Assembly: GCA_963676565.1 (NCBI GenBank)
Contig: OY781089.1
Span: 1,920,001-1,984,000, forward strand
Direction: 5' to 3'
DNA length: 64,000 nt
DNA from: Halarcobacter sp.
GTDB taxonomy: Bacteria; Campylobacterota; Campylobacteria; Campylobacterales; Arcobacteraceae
Part shown: positions 29,857 to 40,007 of the stretch, one piece after another
How positions within the stretch are numbered: position 1 is the first letter of the stretch
Layout of the letters: each line of letters starts with the position of its first letter
Made by a program: the position numbers and the translations under genes
Notes under the pieces: model-generated
Databases searched by the model: none
Seen by the model: the letters and a program-made list of their open reading frames with translations, nothing else
What the model was told of the DNA's origin: nothing

Positions 29857-31698
29857 TTAAAAAGAGGTGGTAGTAAAAACTCTTCTATTACCATCTTTTT
29901 TAATTTGAGAGAAGTTATCTAAATAATCTAAGTATGTAATTATATATTTTCTACTTAATGGAAACTTCTCTTTAAAATTTTGAATATCAATATAACCTTC
30001 TGTTGTAATTATATTTTTCATAACTTTTATAATATCTGTTAAAACTCTACTGTGTATAAAAAGATTATGTTGTAACCTTACAACAGCCTTTTTTGCACAT
30101 AAAGATTTTAAAATATCATCTCCCGTTTTTCTATCTAAATCCATCTCATCATAGATATTATATGGAGCAGTTGGAGTTAACCCTTCCTCTTCCAGTCTAT
30201 TTAAAATTATATCTTCTAATGATGTTTTAATATCTACTTTTATGTTTTTATTCTTGTATAGATTTCCCTCTTTTTCTAAGAAGTCTTCTTCTACCAACTG
30301 ATTTAATGCTAAATCAATAAAACTTTCACTTGCCCATTTCATTCTTAAGGCTAATGACGAGTTTGAAAGTAGGGCAAATTGATTTTTTCTATATATCTGT
30401 TTTATAATTTCAACTATTTTATTTTTTGTTTCAATTGGATAGATAACTAAAGCTTTTTCATCAATAAAACAATTATCTAAATCTTTTGCATACTCTAAAG
30501 CCTTTTCATGACTTAAAGCAAATCTTTGAGCAGAAGAAACTAATCCCAAGCCTTTTCTATGGGCATTTAGTAAAACCTTATATGCCTCATTGATATCTTC
30601 TTTTTCTAAAACTTCTAAAAGCTCTAATTTTTGAGATTTTTTCATTGGGTCAATTATTGGATTTAAAATTTTTCCACCAGCTACTGTTTGATTTCCTTCT
30701 CTTATAATGATTTTTTCTTTATAGATTGAAAATATTTCTTCATTAAGCTTCAATATTGCAAAACCATTTTCTGCATCACTTTGGGTATTAAATAAAAGAG
30801 CCTTACCTTCAACTTTTTTAGAGCCTATAAAAATTGAATAGTTTTGATTGTGTTTAAGTTTTTTACCCTTTAAAGCTTTAAAAGAGATGTCAACACTATT
30901 GAATCCTCTTAAATATCCTTTTTTAGAGATTAAAAAACCTTTTTTTATCTCATTAGATTTAATCCCTGAAAGATTTATTGCTGTTCTATTTGATATATTT
31001 GAAACTTCTGTATCTTCTCCATGAACTTGAAGGTTTTTAATTTTTACATCTTTTTTTATATCACAAATAAAAACTTTTTCATTTACTTCAATTGGCTTAC
31101 CTAAAACAGTTCCTGTTACAATCGTTCCGGTACCTTGTGCAGAGAAAATTCTATCAACATAGTATCTAAAAAAGTTTTCTTCAACTTTTGTATTGGCATT
31201 TAGTGTAAAAAGCTTCTCTTTTAATTTATTTATTGAGTTTTCATCATAAATTGAAACAGCACATGAAAATAAAATATCAAAGTCAAACTCTTTTACAAAT
31301 GATTCAATCTCTTCAACAATTTTTGGAAGCTCCTGTTCTTCAACTAAATCTTTTTTTGTAATAGTTAGTATGGCATTTTTTACACCTAATAGGTTTAAAA
31401 TCTCCAAATGCTCTATGGTTTGAGGCATAATTTTTTCAGAAGCACTAACTACAATCATAACACAGTCAAAAGAGAATGCTCCGGCAATCATATTCTTAAC
31501 AAGTTTTTCATGTCCTGGTACATCAATAAATGCAATATTTTGTGTTTCATTACTTAGATTTGAAAAACTTAAATCAATGGTTATTCCTCTTTGTTTTTCC
31601 TCTTTAGTACTATCACCTTCATAACCATTTAAAGCTTTAATTAAAGCTGTTTTACCATGGTCAATATGTCCGCAAGTTCCAATTATGTAATTATTCAT
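29857..31698 (-). CDS. selB: Selenocysteine-specific elongation factor
   Basis: GHIDHGKT, RGITIDL and DVPGHEK motifs. C-terminal winged helix LSRKY.I.YLDYLD. Confidence 0.95.
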   Translation of the reverse strand: MNNYIIGTCGHIDHGKTALIKALNGYEGDSTKEEKQRGITIDLSFSNLSNETQNIAFIDVPGHEKLVKNMIAGAFSFDCVMIVVSASEKIMPQTIEHLEILNLLGVKNAILTITKKDLVEEQELPKIVEEIESFVKEFDFDILFSCAVSIYDENSINKLKEKLFTLNANTKVEENFFRYYVDRIFSAQGTGTIVTGTVLGKPIEVNEKVFICDIKKDVKIKNLQVHGEDTEVSNISNRTAINLSGIKSNEIKKGFLISKKGYLRGFNSVDISFKALKGKKLKHNQNYSIFIGSKKVEGKALLFNTQSDAENGFAILKLNEEIFSIYKEKIIIREGNQTVAGGKILNPIIDPMKKSQKLELLEVLEKEDINEAYKVLLNAHRKGLGLVSSAQRFALSHEKALEYAKDLDNCFIDEKALVIYPIETKNKIVEIIKQIYRKNQFALLSNSSLALRMKWASESFIDLALNQLVEEDFLEKEGNLYKNKNIKVDIKTSLEDIILNRLEEEGLTPTAPYNIYDEMDLDRKTGDDILKSLCAKKAVVRLQHNLFIHSRVLTDIIKVMKNIITTEGYIDIQNFKEKFPLSRKYIITYLDYLDNFSQIKKDGNRRVFTTTSF

Positions 31699-33040
31699 TT
31701 ATTATCTCTTTTAAAATATTTTCTATTTGTACTATTTCATCTTTTGCTATTGTTCTAAAATCTAATAGAAATTGTTCATTTTCAATTCTTCCTATAATAT
31801 TTTTGGCTCTTAATAATCTTTCTATTTTATTTGGTTTATAGTTTTTAAAACTTACTGATAGTGCAATAGTTGGTATTTTTTTGTTTGGAGTTGTACCTCC
31901 ACCAATTACAGTTTTTGTTTCTATAACTTCTGTTTTACTAATATCTTTTATTTTTTCTTGTAATAAAATTGCATTTTCTTTTAATTCATCAAGGGATTTA
32001 AAAAGCATATTTAGTGTTGGAATATTTTCAAGTTTTCCTAAAAGAATAGATTTCATATTCTCTTCAAGTAAAGCAAGGGTTAACTTATCAACCCTTAACA
32101 TTCTAAGAAGTTGATTTTTCTTTAGTTGGTCTATATATTTTTTCTTCCCAACTATAATTCCTGCTTGGACACTTCCTAAAAGCTTATCTCCTGAAAAGCT
32201 CAGAAGAGATGGCTTAGCTTCCATATATTTTAAAACAGATGGTTCACTTTGGTCAAGTCCATAAGGTAAATCAATTATATGACCACTTCCCATATCATAG
32301 TAATCAATCACATCATGTTCTTTTGCCACCTCTATAATCTCTTTAAATGAAACCTCTGAAGAGAAACCTTCAATTGAATAGTTTGATTTATGTACTTTCA
32401 TTAACATTGAAGTGTTTTCATTTATTGCATTAATATAGTCTTTTAGATGTGTTTTATTTGTTGTTCCAATCTCTTTGAGTGTTGCGCCACTGCTACCCAT
32501 AACATCAGGAACTCTAAAACTACCACCTATTTCAACTAGTTCACCACGACTAACAACAACCTCTTTGTTTTTTGCAAAGGTATTTAGTATCAAAAAAACT
32601 GCACTTGCATTGTTATTTACAATTAATACATCTTCACACCCAAGTAATTTTTTTACAACAGTTGAGATATGAGAATACCTTTCTCCTCTTTTTCCTAATT
32701 CTAAGTTATATTCTAAGTTATTATAAGAAGTTGCTATTTGTTTAACAGCATCAAAAGTTTTACCATCAATTAAACTTCTACCTAAGTTTGTATGAACAAT
32801 AACTCCTGTTGCATTGATTACTTTTTGAAGCGAAGGTTTTGTAATCTCTTCATATTTACTTATTACTTCTTGAATAAGTTTAGTTTCATCTATTTTTTCA
32901 ATATTTTCTTTTAAGATATTATCTCTTAGATTATTGATAACATTTTTTGCAATTGATAATATTAGAGGTTTTGACATCTCTTCAAAAGCTTTGTTTGAGA
33001 CAAACTTGTCTACCTTTGGAATTGATTTCAGTAAATCCAT
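31691..33040 (-). CDS. selA: L-seryl-tRNA(Sec) selenium transferase
   Basis: INATGVIVHTNLGRS, VNNNA, SRGELVEIGGSFRVP and FSGDKLLG (PLP lysine). Confidence 0.97.
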   Translation of the reverse strand: MDLLKSIPKVDKFVSNKAFEEMSKPLILSIAKNVINNLRDNILKENIEKIDETKLIQEVISKYEEITKPSLQKVINATGVIVHTNLGRSLIDGKTFDAVKQIATSYNNLEYNLELGKRGERYSHISTVVKKLLGCEDVLIVNNNASAVFLILNTFAKNKEVVVSRGELVEIGGSFRVPDVMGSSGATLKEIGTTNKTHLKDYINAINENTSMLMKVHKSNYSIEGFSSEVSFKEIIEVAKEHDVIDYYDMGSGHIIDLPYGLDQSEPSVLKYMEAKPSLLSFSGDKLLGSVQAGIIVGKKKYIDQLKKNQLLRMLRVDKLTLALLEENMKSILLGKLENIPTLNMLFKSLDELKENAILLQEKIKDISKTEVIETKTVIGGGTTPNKKIPTIALSVSFKNYKPNKIERLLRAKNIIGRIENEQFLLDFRTIAKDEIVQIENILKEIINE

Positions 33041-33095
33041 TTTTAACCTTTTGGAAATTTTAAATAAAGATGTTGTATAATTTCAACCTTGATTT

Positions 33096-33194
33096 GGGGG
33101 GTATGTGACCCTGGTGGGCACCACAGGCTTCAACCCTGATTGGCGGTTTATGTGTATACGCCGCGGTAGGTTCGATTCCTACACCTTCTCGCCA
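33096..33194 (+). tRNA. selC: tRNA-Sec (anticodon TCA at 33130-33132)
   Basis: D-loop TGGT, anticodon arm CAGG-CTTCAAC-CCTG, long variable arm GGCG...CGCC, T-arm GTAGG-TTCGATT-CCTAC, 3' GCCA. Divergent from selA, with TATAAT at 33076-33081. Confidence 0.92.
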
Positions 33195-33424
33195 TACCTC
33201 AAATCTATACAAAATCTTCAAATATAAAATAAAATATCGTGCCTTATTTCACTTAATTTTAGCTATTTCAATGTTTTATAAGTTTAGATTATAACTAATT
33301 TTAAATCAGTAAAGTCTTAATTTGTAAAAAAAATTTTACTAAAAATCGTCATAGTTAAGTTATAATTGAATACTTATTCAATATAATAATATTAGGTTTT
33401 TTATTATTTTAAAAGGGAAAGATT

Positions 33425-33811
33425 GTGAAAAAAATTTTAGTTGTTGATTATGATAATTATATCTCTTCTTATAATTTTTTAAATAGATTAACAACTTATA
33501 AAATTGAGTATGTAAACTGTTATTCAGAATTTAAATTAAAATTTAAAAATAAAAAATATGATTTATGTATTTTAAGTATTGAAGATAACATAGAAAAAGA
33601 CTTTCTTGTATATGATATTTTAGCTTTAGACAAGTATCAAAATATCTTACAATTAGTAAGATCTGACTCTCAGTGTTTTTTTGATAAAGATTGTAAAAGC
33701 TGCGAAAAATATAATATTAAAACTATATTTAGTGATAACGAAGAAAAAATTATAAAGTATATAATAAGCTTTGAAACTTCACTATGTGAGTTTACAAAGC
33801 TTAATATTTAG
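33425..33811 (+). CDS. Degenerate receiver-like protein with Cys cluster
   Basis: KKILVVD...KYDLCILS resembles REC beta1/beta3 but lacks the phospho-acceptor Asp. CFFDKDCKSC in the C-terminal half. GTG start. Confidence 0.55.
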   Translation: MKKILVVDYDNYISSYNFLNRLTTYKIEYVNCYSEFKLKFKNKKYDLCILSIEDNIEKDFLVYDILALDKYQNILQLVRSDSQCFFDKDCKSCEKYNIKTIFSDNEEKIIKYIISFETSLCEFTKLNI

Positions 33812-35100
33812 AACTCTTTTATAACAACTTTATTTCTACCTGTATTTTTTGCATTGTATAAAGCTTCATCTGCTCTTTTTATACTATCTTTTATATCTTC
33901 GTTTAAAGAGTGAATAGTTCCACCACAAGAACAAGTTAATTTTATATCATTAGTAAAAGTTGAATTTTCAATATTTTTTCTTAATTTCTCAAGGCTTATT
34001 TCTAAATCGTTATAATTTTTTATCTTTAAGATAAATATAAACTCTTCTCCGCCCCATCTAATAAGATAATCATCCATTCTAGAATATTTTTTTATTATTT
34101 TTACAAAATCGATTAAAACATCATCTCCCACATCATGTCCGTAGGTATCATTGATATTTTTAAAAAAGTCGATATCTAAAATAGCAATACCAAAATTATA
34201 GGTTTCATCCACAAATTTTGATATTAGTTTTCCATAATTATCCTCAAAATACTCTCTGTTAAATGCACCAGTTAATTTATCATGAATAGTTTTATCTTTA
34301 AGTTGAAGTTGTTTTAAAAATGTTTCACTAATATCTGTAAAAGTTAATACTATTGTCTCTTCGTGTTGTGCAATAGTGACTTTAAAAGCTTTTATATTCA
34401 TAGTTTTATGACATAAAATAGATACTATTCTCTCTGACTCAGTTAAGCTTTTTAAACTTTCAATCCAGTTTTCATTTTCATTTACTTTTCCTAAATGGAA
34501 GTAGTTTTCGTTTTCTATAAAGCTTTTTTCAATAGAAGTGTATTCTTTTTTTAATTCATCTAACTTTTCACATGCGTAAAAGTCTAATAGTGTTTTATTA
34601 GCAAATGTGATTTCTAAATTTTTATTATATAAAGCTATCATTGTTGCTTGTGTATTTAAAATCATATGTAAAAAGTCATTTTGCTTTGAGATCTTTTCTT
34701 GAAGTTTTTCTACTTTTCTTTTGATATTTAAAACTTCAAGAGTTTTTTCTAAAACATCCTCTAATATATCTAAATCAATAGGTTTAATAATATACCTATC
34801 TACTTTATATTTAATTGATTCTAGTAAGTATTGGGTGTCATTATGGGCAGAACAAACAATAATAGGGATAGCCTTATTTTTTTCTCTAATTGTCTTGATT
34901 AATTCTAAACCATCAAGATTTGGCATTCGAATATCAGTTAAAATTATGTCAACTTTTTTCTTTTCATATATATTTAATGCCTCTTGTCCATCTTTAGCCA
35001 CATAAACACAATTAAAATAATCTTCTAATACAGAGCTTAACATCTGTGATACTAGTTGGTCATCCTCTGCGTATAAAATTGAAAGTTGAGACTGTTTCAT
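33808..35100 (-). CDS. Response-regulator diguanylate cyclase (REC-PAS-like-GGDEF)
   Basis: ILYAEDD, TDIRMP.LDG, HDKLTGAFNR, DIDFFK.INDTYGH and RWGGEEF motifs. Confidence 0.92.
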   Translation of the reverse strand: MKQSQLSILYAEDDQLVSQMLSSVLEDYFNCVYVAKDGQEALNIYEKKKVDIILTDIRMPNLDGLELIKTIREKNKAIPIIVCSAHNDTQYLLESIKYKVDRYIIKPIDLDILEDVLEKTLEVLNIKRKVEKLQEKISKQNDFLHMILNTQATMIALYNKNLEITFANKTLLDFYACEKLDELKKEYTSIEKSFIENENYFHLGKVNENENWIESLKSLTESERIVSILCHKTMNIKAFKVTIAQHEETIVLTFTDISETFLKQLQLKDKTIHDKLTGAFNREYFEDNYGKLISKFVDETYNFGIAILDIDFFKNINDTYGHDVGDDVLIDFVKIIKKYSRMDDYLIRWGGEEFIFILKIKNYNDLEISLEKLRKNIENSTFTNDIKLTCSCGGTIHSLNEDIKDSIKRADEALYNAKNTGRNKVVIKEF

Positions 35101-38100
35101 TTTTCATCCTTGTTTTCTAGAGGAATTTCGATTGTAAAAACTGTAATATTATCTTGTACTTTAACATTTATTTTTCCTGATATAGAATCTTCTATTATTA
35201 ATTTTGACATATATAATCCTAATCCTGTACCATTTTTTTCCTCTTTTGTAGAAAAGTATGGTTCAAAAATATTTTCTATTATATTTTGAGGTATTCCCCC
35301 AGCATTATCTTCAATTTTAATTATTAGCTTTTCATTTTCTAATAAATTATATATTTTTATATAAAAGTTTGGATTCTCTTTATTTAATGCTTCTATACTA
35401 TTATTAAGCATAGTTAATAAAACTTGTAACAATTCATTTTTAAAAGTATATATTTTTAGTTTTTGTAAATTATTATATTCAATAATAAGATTATCAACTC
35501 TATTACTTATAAGAACTTTCAAACTTCTATAAAATTCTTCTAATAAAAAAAACTCTTTTTTCTTATCTGGTTTATAAAAATTACAAAAATCATCTATAGT
35601 TTGTGATAGGTGTTTAATAATATCATTTGTTGTATTTTTGTAAAAAATAAATTCATCTTTTTGAGCTACACTAGGCTCTACTTTTCTAATGAACATTTGA
35701 GTTAAAACAGATAATTGATTTAAAGGTTGTCTCCATTGGTGTGCTATCATATTTAACATTTCACCTTGAAGTGCCAATTTACTTTGTTTTTGTAGTAAAA
35801 ATGCCTGTTGTATTCTCTCTTTTTCATTTAAAACTTTTTCTGTAACATCTTGGATTGTTGCTATTGTTTTTATTGGTTTATTGTTAATATCGTGAATTAT
35901 TTTCCAATAAAGTATCATATATTTAACTTTTTTAGTTGGTGTTACTATTCTTAATTCAGTATTATGTTCTTTGTCAGTGTTATAAGAGTTGAAAAGTTTT
36001 TCCCTAAACTCTTCTTTTTCATCAGGATGAATAAATTTAAACAAGATATCTCTACTTATTTTTGGATAATCTTTTTGAGAAATTTCAAAAATATCATAAA
36101 TAGAATCATCTATCTCTTCATAATAGTCTTTAGATAAATCATTTACAAAGGAACTAATTTTTGCCATTTTACGGGCTTGTTTTAAACTATCTGTTAGTTG
36201 CTTTTCTTTTTCTCTTTTTTTATCAAGTATTTTTATATATCTAAATTGAAGAAGGGCAATAATAATCAATAATATAAATAAAACATACCATAACCATTCA
36301 TAGCTTTTCTCAATTACATATTTAGATATTCTGTAATTTGATGCGAAATTATTTAACTCTTCTTTAGAAAAATTACTTATAGTTTTATCAATTGATGAGT
36401 GTAAAAGAGGGTATTTATTATTTACCAAAATTGCACCATTTGCCTTTAAGCTATCAAAAATATCATCAATCTTAAATTTATCAGGTCCATATTTTCTTAT
36501 TATTTCGTCAGCAGTATATGTTGTAAGAATAAAATGAGATTTTGAATCTTTTTTTATTATGTTCATAATCTCATCAATATTTGAATTAACAATTACTTTT
36601 GCTTTAGGATATCTTTCTAGAAATTGACTTTTAAATATTTTATCTTTTACATAAAATGTATGATTATCTAACTGGCTTAAATTTGAAATATATGGATTAT
36701 TTATAGACCCAACTGAAACATAAAACTGATTAAGTATAGGTTTTGTAAACTTAAAATTTTTAAATCCTGTATAGGTGTTTTTTATAATTGAAATGAGATC
36801 ACATCTATTTTTATTTATATTTTCTTCAAACTCTTTTAGGCTATTTGAGGCTATGGGAGTAAACTTAATATTTAGTTTTTTTGATATCTCATCATAAATT
36901 TGACCAGAAATACCAATTAGTTTACTATCTTCAACTCCATCTATTGGATAGTGTTTATATCTTGAACATACTGTAAACTCATTTTTTGTTTTTAAAAAAT
37001 CTATCTCTTCTTTTGTTAGCTGATTATTTTTATCTTTTTGTGAATCATCTCCCAACCATTTTCTTAAAATTGTATTTTTTTCTTCTAAACTTAAGGAGTT
37101 AATACTTTTATTTATAATTGATTGAAGTATTTTGTTATTTGGTTCAACAGCTGCAATTGTATTTGGGGAGAACTCTTTTATTGTATGACTTGAATGGATA
37201 TCTTTAATTCCATACTTCGCTAGAATATGTTTATCCCTGTGAAAAGTGATTACTGCATCAACCTTTCTATTCTCAAGTAGAAAAAAAGTTTCTAAGGTTG
37301 TTTTTTGACCTCTAATTTCTATTTTATCTTTATATTTTTCAAAGGAGTTTTTTAAAGACAAAATATTTTGGTTGTAAGCAACTTTTTTCCCATATAAATC
37401 TTTTATTGAATCTATTTTGAAGGAATTTGAATCTTTAGTAAATATACTATATGAGGACCTTGATAAAGGTTCTGCTTCAAGTAAGTTTTCTTTTTTTGCA
37501 ATATTTTTATTAATTGCAGGTATTACATCTATATTTCCATTTTTTAAATCATTGATTATCTCTTTCCATGATTTGTCTATAAATTCAACTTCAAACCCAA
37601 GGTTTTTACTTAAGGTTTTATAGGTATCTATAATTATTCCATTTAAATTTCCACTACTATCTTTAAAAAAAAGTGGTTCAAATACAGATGAGTGACCCAC
37701 TTTAATAATTGGATTTTCTTTTAAATATTTAATTTCTTCATCAGTAAAAAGATTGTTATACTTATCTATTTGGGTATCATCAGAAATGTTCATATTCCAC
37801 TTTAGTCTTAACTCTTTTAAAGTTTCTTCTGAAATTGTTTTTAAACCCTTTTCAAAGATACTAATTGCCTCGGGGTATTCTTTTATAATACCTATAAACA
37901 CTGGAATTTGTTTGTGATATAAATTTGTATCATGAACTGCTGGTAAAGATTTTTTTGACAAGAGATAATTTACACCATTGACTGTTGGAATAATATCTAT
38001 TAAACCATTAGATAATTTTTCATAACCATCAGCTAAATTATTAATGTAAACAATATTTTTTATGTTTAGTTTATTAATAATATTTTGATGAGTTATTTGA

Positions 38101-38540
38101 TTTTTTTCTATACCTATAGTAAGGTTTTTTAAATCACTATTAGTGAAGTTATTTTTATTTTTGTAATTTGTAGATAAAGAATATTCAATAATTGTATAGG
38201 GCGATGAAAAGTTTAAAAAATCTTCTCTTTGAGGTGTTTTTACAATATTGATAAGACCATCAATTTTTTTATTTTTTACTTGCTCTTGTATTTTAGTCCA
38301 GTCTCCAACAACTAATTGAAAGTTTGCTCCTGTTGCTTTATTAATAAGTTCAAGTATATCTGCATCAACTCCAGTTATTGTTCCATTTTCATTAACAATA
38401 TTTGAAGGTTCCCATCCTGCTCCCGTACCAAGTGTAATTGTATTATGAGATTTTAAAAAGTTTTTTTCTTCTAATGTAAGTTCTATATTACTTGAAAGTA
38501 AAGAAATCGAAAAAAAAATCAAATAAAGAAAAAGTTTCAA
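35097..38540 (-). CDS. Sensor histidine kinase with three periplasmic solute-binding domains and PAS
   Basis: Three repeats starting LT.EE..FL, TM helix, PAS (IHPDE), IAHQWRQPL H-box, DNAGGI and GTGLGLY. Confidence 0.9.
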   Translation of the reverse strand: MKLFLYLIFFSISLLSSNIELTLEEKNFLKSHNTITLGTGAGWEPSNIVNENGTITGVDADILELINKATGANFQLVVGDWTKIQEQVKNKKIDGLINIVKTPQREDFLNFSSPYTIIEYSLSTNYKNKNNFTNSDLKNLTIGIEKNQITHQNIINKLNIKNIVYINNLADGYEKLSNGLIDIIPTVNGVNYLLSKKSLPAVHDTNLYHKQIPVFIGIIKEYPEAISIFEKGLKTISEETLKELRLKWNMNISDDTQIDKYNNLFTDEEIKYLKENPIIKVGHSSVFEPLFFKDSSGNLNGIIIDTYKTLSKNLGFEVEFIDKSWKEIINDLKNGNIDVIPAINKNIAKKENLLEAEPLSRSSYSIFTKDSNSFKIDSIKDLYGKKVAYNQNILSLKNSFEKYKDKIEIRGQKTTLETFFLLENRKVDAVITFHRDKHILAKYGIKDIHSSHTIKEFSPNTIAAVEPNNKILQSIINKSINSLSLEEKNTILRKWLGDDSQKDKNNQLTKEEIDFLKTKNEFTVCSRYKHYPIDGVEDSKLIGISGQIYDEISKKLNIKFTPIASNSLKEFEENINKNRCDLISIIKNTYTGFKNFKFTKPILNQFYVSVGSINNPYISNLSQLDNHTFYVKDKIFKSQFLERYPKAKVIVNSNIDEIMNIIKKDSKSHFILTTYTADEIIRKYGPDKFKIDDIFDSLKANGAILVNNKYPLLHSSIDKTISNFSKEELNNFASNYRISKYVIEKSYEWLWYVLFILLIIIALLQFRYIKILDKKREKEKQLTDSLKQARKMAKISSFVNDLSKDYYEEIDDSIYDIFEISQKDYPKISRDILFKFIHPDEKEEFREKLFNSYNTDKEHNTELRIVTPTKKVKYMILYWKIIHDINNKPIKTIATIQDVTEKVLNEKERIQQAFLLQKQSKLALQGEMLNMIAHQWRQPLNQLSVLTQMFIRKVEPSVAQKDEFIFYKNTTNDIIKHLSQTIDDFCNFYKPDKKKEFFLLEEFYRSLKVLISNRVDNLIIEYNNLQKLKIYTFKNELLQVLLTMLNNSIEALNKENPNFYIKIYNLLENEKLIIKIEDNAGGIPQNIIENIFEPYFSTKEEKNGTGLGLYMSKLIIEDSISGKINVKVQDNITVFTIEIPLENKDEK

Positions 38541-38620
38541 ATTGTAGCCTTATATTTTATTATTTTATTGTATCAAAATAAATAAAATTATAAAAACATT
38601 GATAATAATATGCTTCTTAT

Positions 38621-39655
38621 TTAATAAATCATAATAGGACTTGCTCCTCTTGGAATAACTTCACCTATAATAGAAGCATAACCAAAACTTAATTCTTCTA
38701 TAACCTTTATATACTCTTTTGCATCTTCTTCTTTCATGGCTATTAATAGACCTCCTGATGTTTGAGCATCACAATATTGTAAATAACAATCATCAGTTGA
38801 ACACATTATTGTAGTTTTATCTTTTAGAAATTGCATGTTCTTTTTTGTACCACCAGGAAAAATTCCTTGATTAGCTAACTCTATAGCTTCATTGATAATT
38901 GGTACTTCTCCACAATGAATTGCAAATGAATTAAAATTATTTGTAGATTCTAAAGCATGACCTAAAAGACCAAACCCAGTCACATCTGTAACTGAACTAA
39001 CATCATAATCTCTTAAAATTTTTGAAGGTAAATAGTTTAAAGCCTCTAAGATTTTTACAGTTTCATTTTTTGTACTTTCATCTAATAAATCTTTTTTTAT
39101 TGCAGTTGTTAGAATACCCATACCAAGAGGTTTAGTTAAAACTAAGACATGTCCAATTTTTGCTGTATTATTTTTATATATTTTTTTAGGATGAACCATT
39201 CCTGTTACAGAAAGACCATAAAACATCTCTGGAACTTCAATTGTGTGACCACCCATTAAAAGCCCTCCACACTCCTGAATCTTTTCATTCCCACCTCTTA
39301 GCATCTCTTTTAAGACTTCTGTCCCGTGATTTTTTCTATCAAAACCAACAATATTTAATGCAGTTTTAACATTTGCACCCATTGCAAAAACATCTGAAAG
39401 TGAATTTGCAGCAGCAATTTTTCCATAAATATAAGGATCGTCAACTACAGGAGTAATAAAATCTAAGGTTTGGACTATTGCTTCTTCATCATTAATTTTA
39501 TACACAGAAGCATCGTCATTGTTTTCAAATCCAACAAGAACACGACCATCACATGGAGATAGGCTAATTATAGATTGTTTTAGGTCTCCCGGACCCATCT
39601 TAGCTGCTCAACCTGCGGCACGAACGAATTTTGTTAGTTTATATTCTTCATTCAT
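38621..39655 (-). CDS. selD: Selenide, water dikinase; selenoprotein with UGA-Sec at codon 16 (39610-39608)
   Basis: Extending the ORF upstream gives MNEEYKLTKFVRAAG-U-AAKMGPGDL, matching the G(U/C)xxK active site. Also DDA, DFITP, AAANSLSDVFAMG, TDVTGFGLLGH and DAQTSGGLL. Confidence 0.95.
39582..39596 (-). promoter_or_regulatory. Candidate SECIS of selD
   Basis: On the minus strand, GGGTC-CGGGA-GACCT hairpin starts 11 nt after the UGA and has a G-containing loop. Confidence 0.6.
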
Positions 39656-39843
39656 AAATTCTCTTTTAGCTAGTTACTATAAGCTTAAATTATAATATAT
39701 AAAAATATTTTTAATTAAATTAATATTTGATTAAATTTTACAATTAATGTAGTTAAAATTAGATTAATATATTAGTTATACATATAAGCAATAATTTTAT
39801 TTAAGAAATAATTAATTAAAAAAGCAATATAGTTTCATATTAT

Positions 39844-39946
39844 AAGCATTGCCTAAGGTTTAGGCTAGACATAAAAAATTCTTTTTTACTTGACTACTTA
39901 TGCTGTTTATCGTCTAAGGTTTAGACGCACATGATTTAAAGACAGT
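39844..39946 (+). ncRNA. Candidate structured cis-regulatory leader RNA (copy 1 plus a partial tandem copy)
   Basis: AGCAT/ATGCT outer stem, GCCTAA-GGT-TTAGGC hairpin, TAGACA...TGACTA arm, second hairpin CGTCTAA-GGT-TTAGACG at 39911-39927. Matches 42236-42304 with compensatory changes. Confidence 0.6.
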
Positions 39947-40007
39947 ACTTACAAAAAATATTCTTCTTTTTCTCATGTATTACAAAAATTATACAAAGGA
40001 AAATAAA

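Noticed and set aside
39861..39975. Sec-containing leader peptide upstream of the DCCP gene (TGA at 39891)
   Set aside because: No start codon in that frame after the TAG at 39861, and the frame stops again at TAA 39915 before reaching the DCCP ORF.
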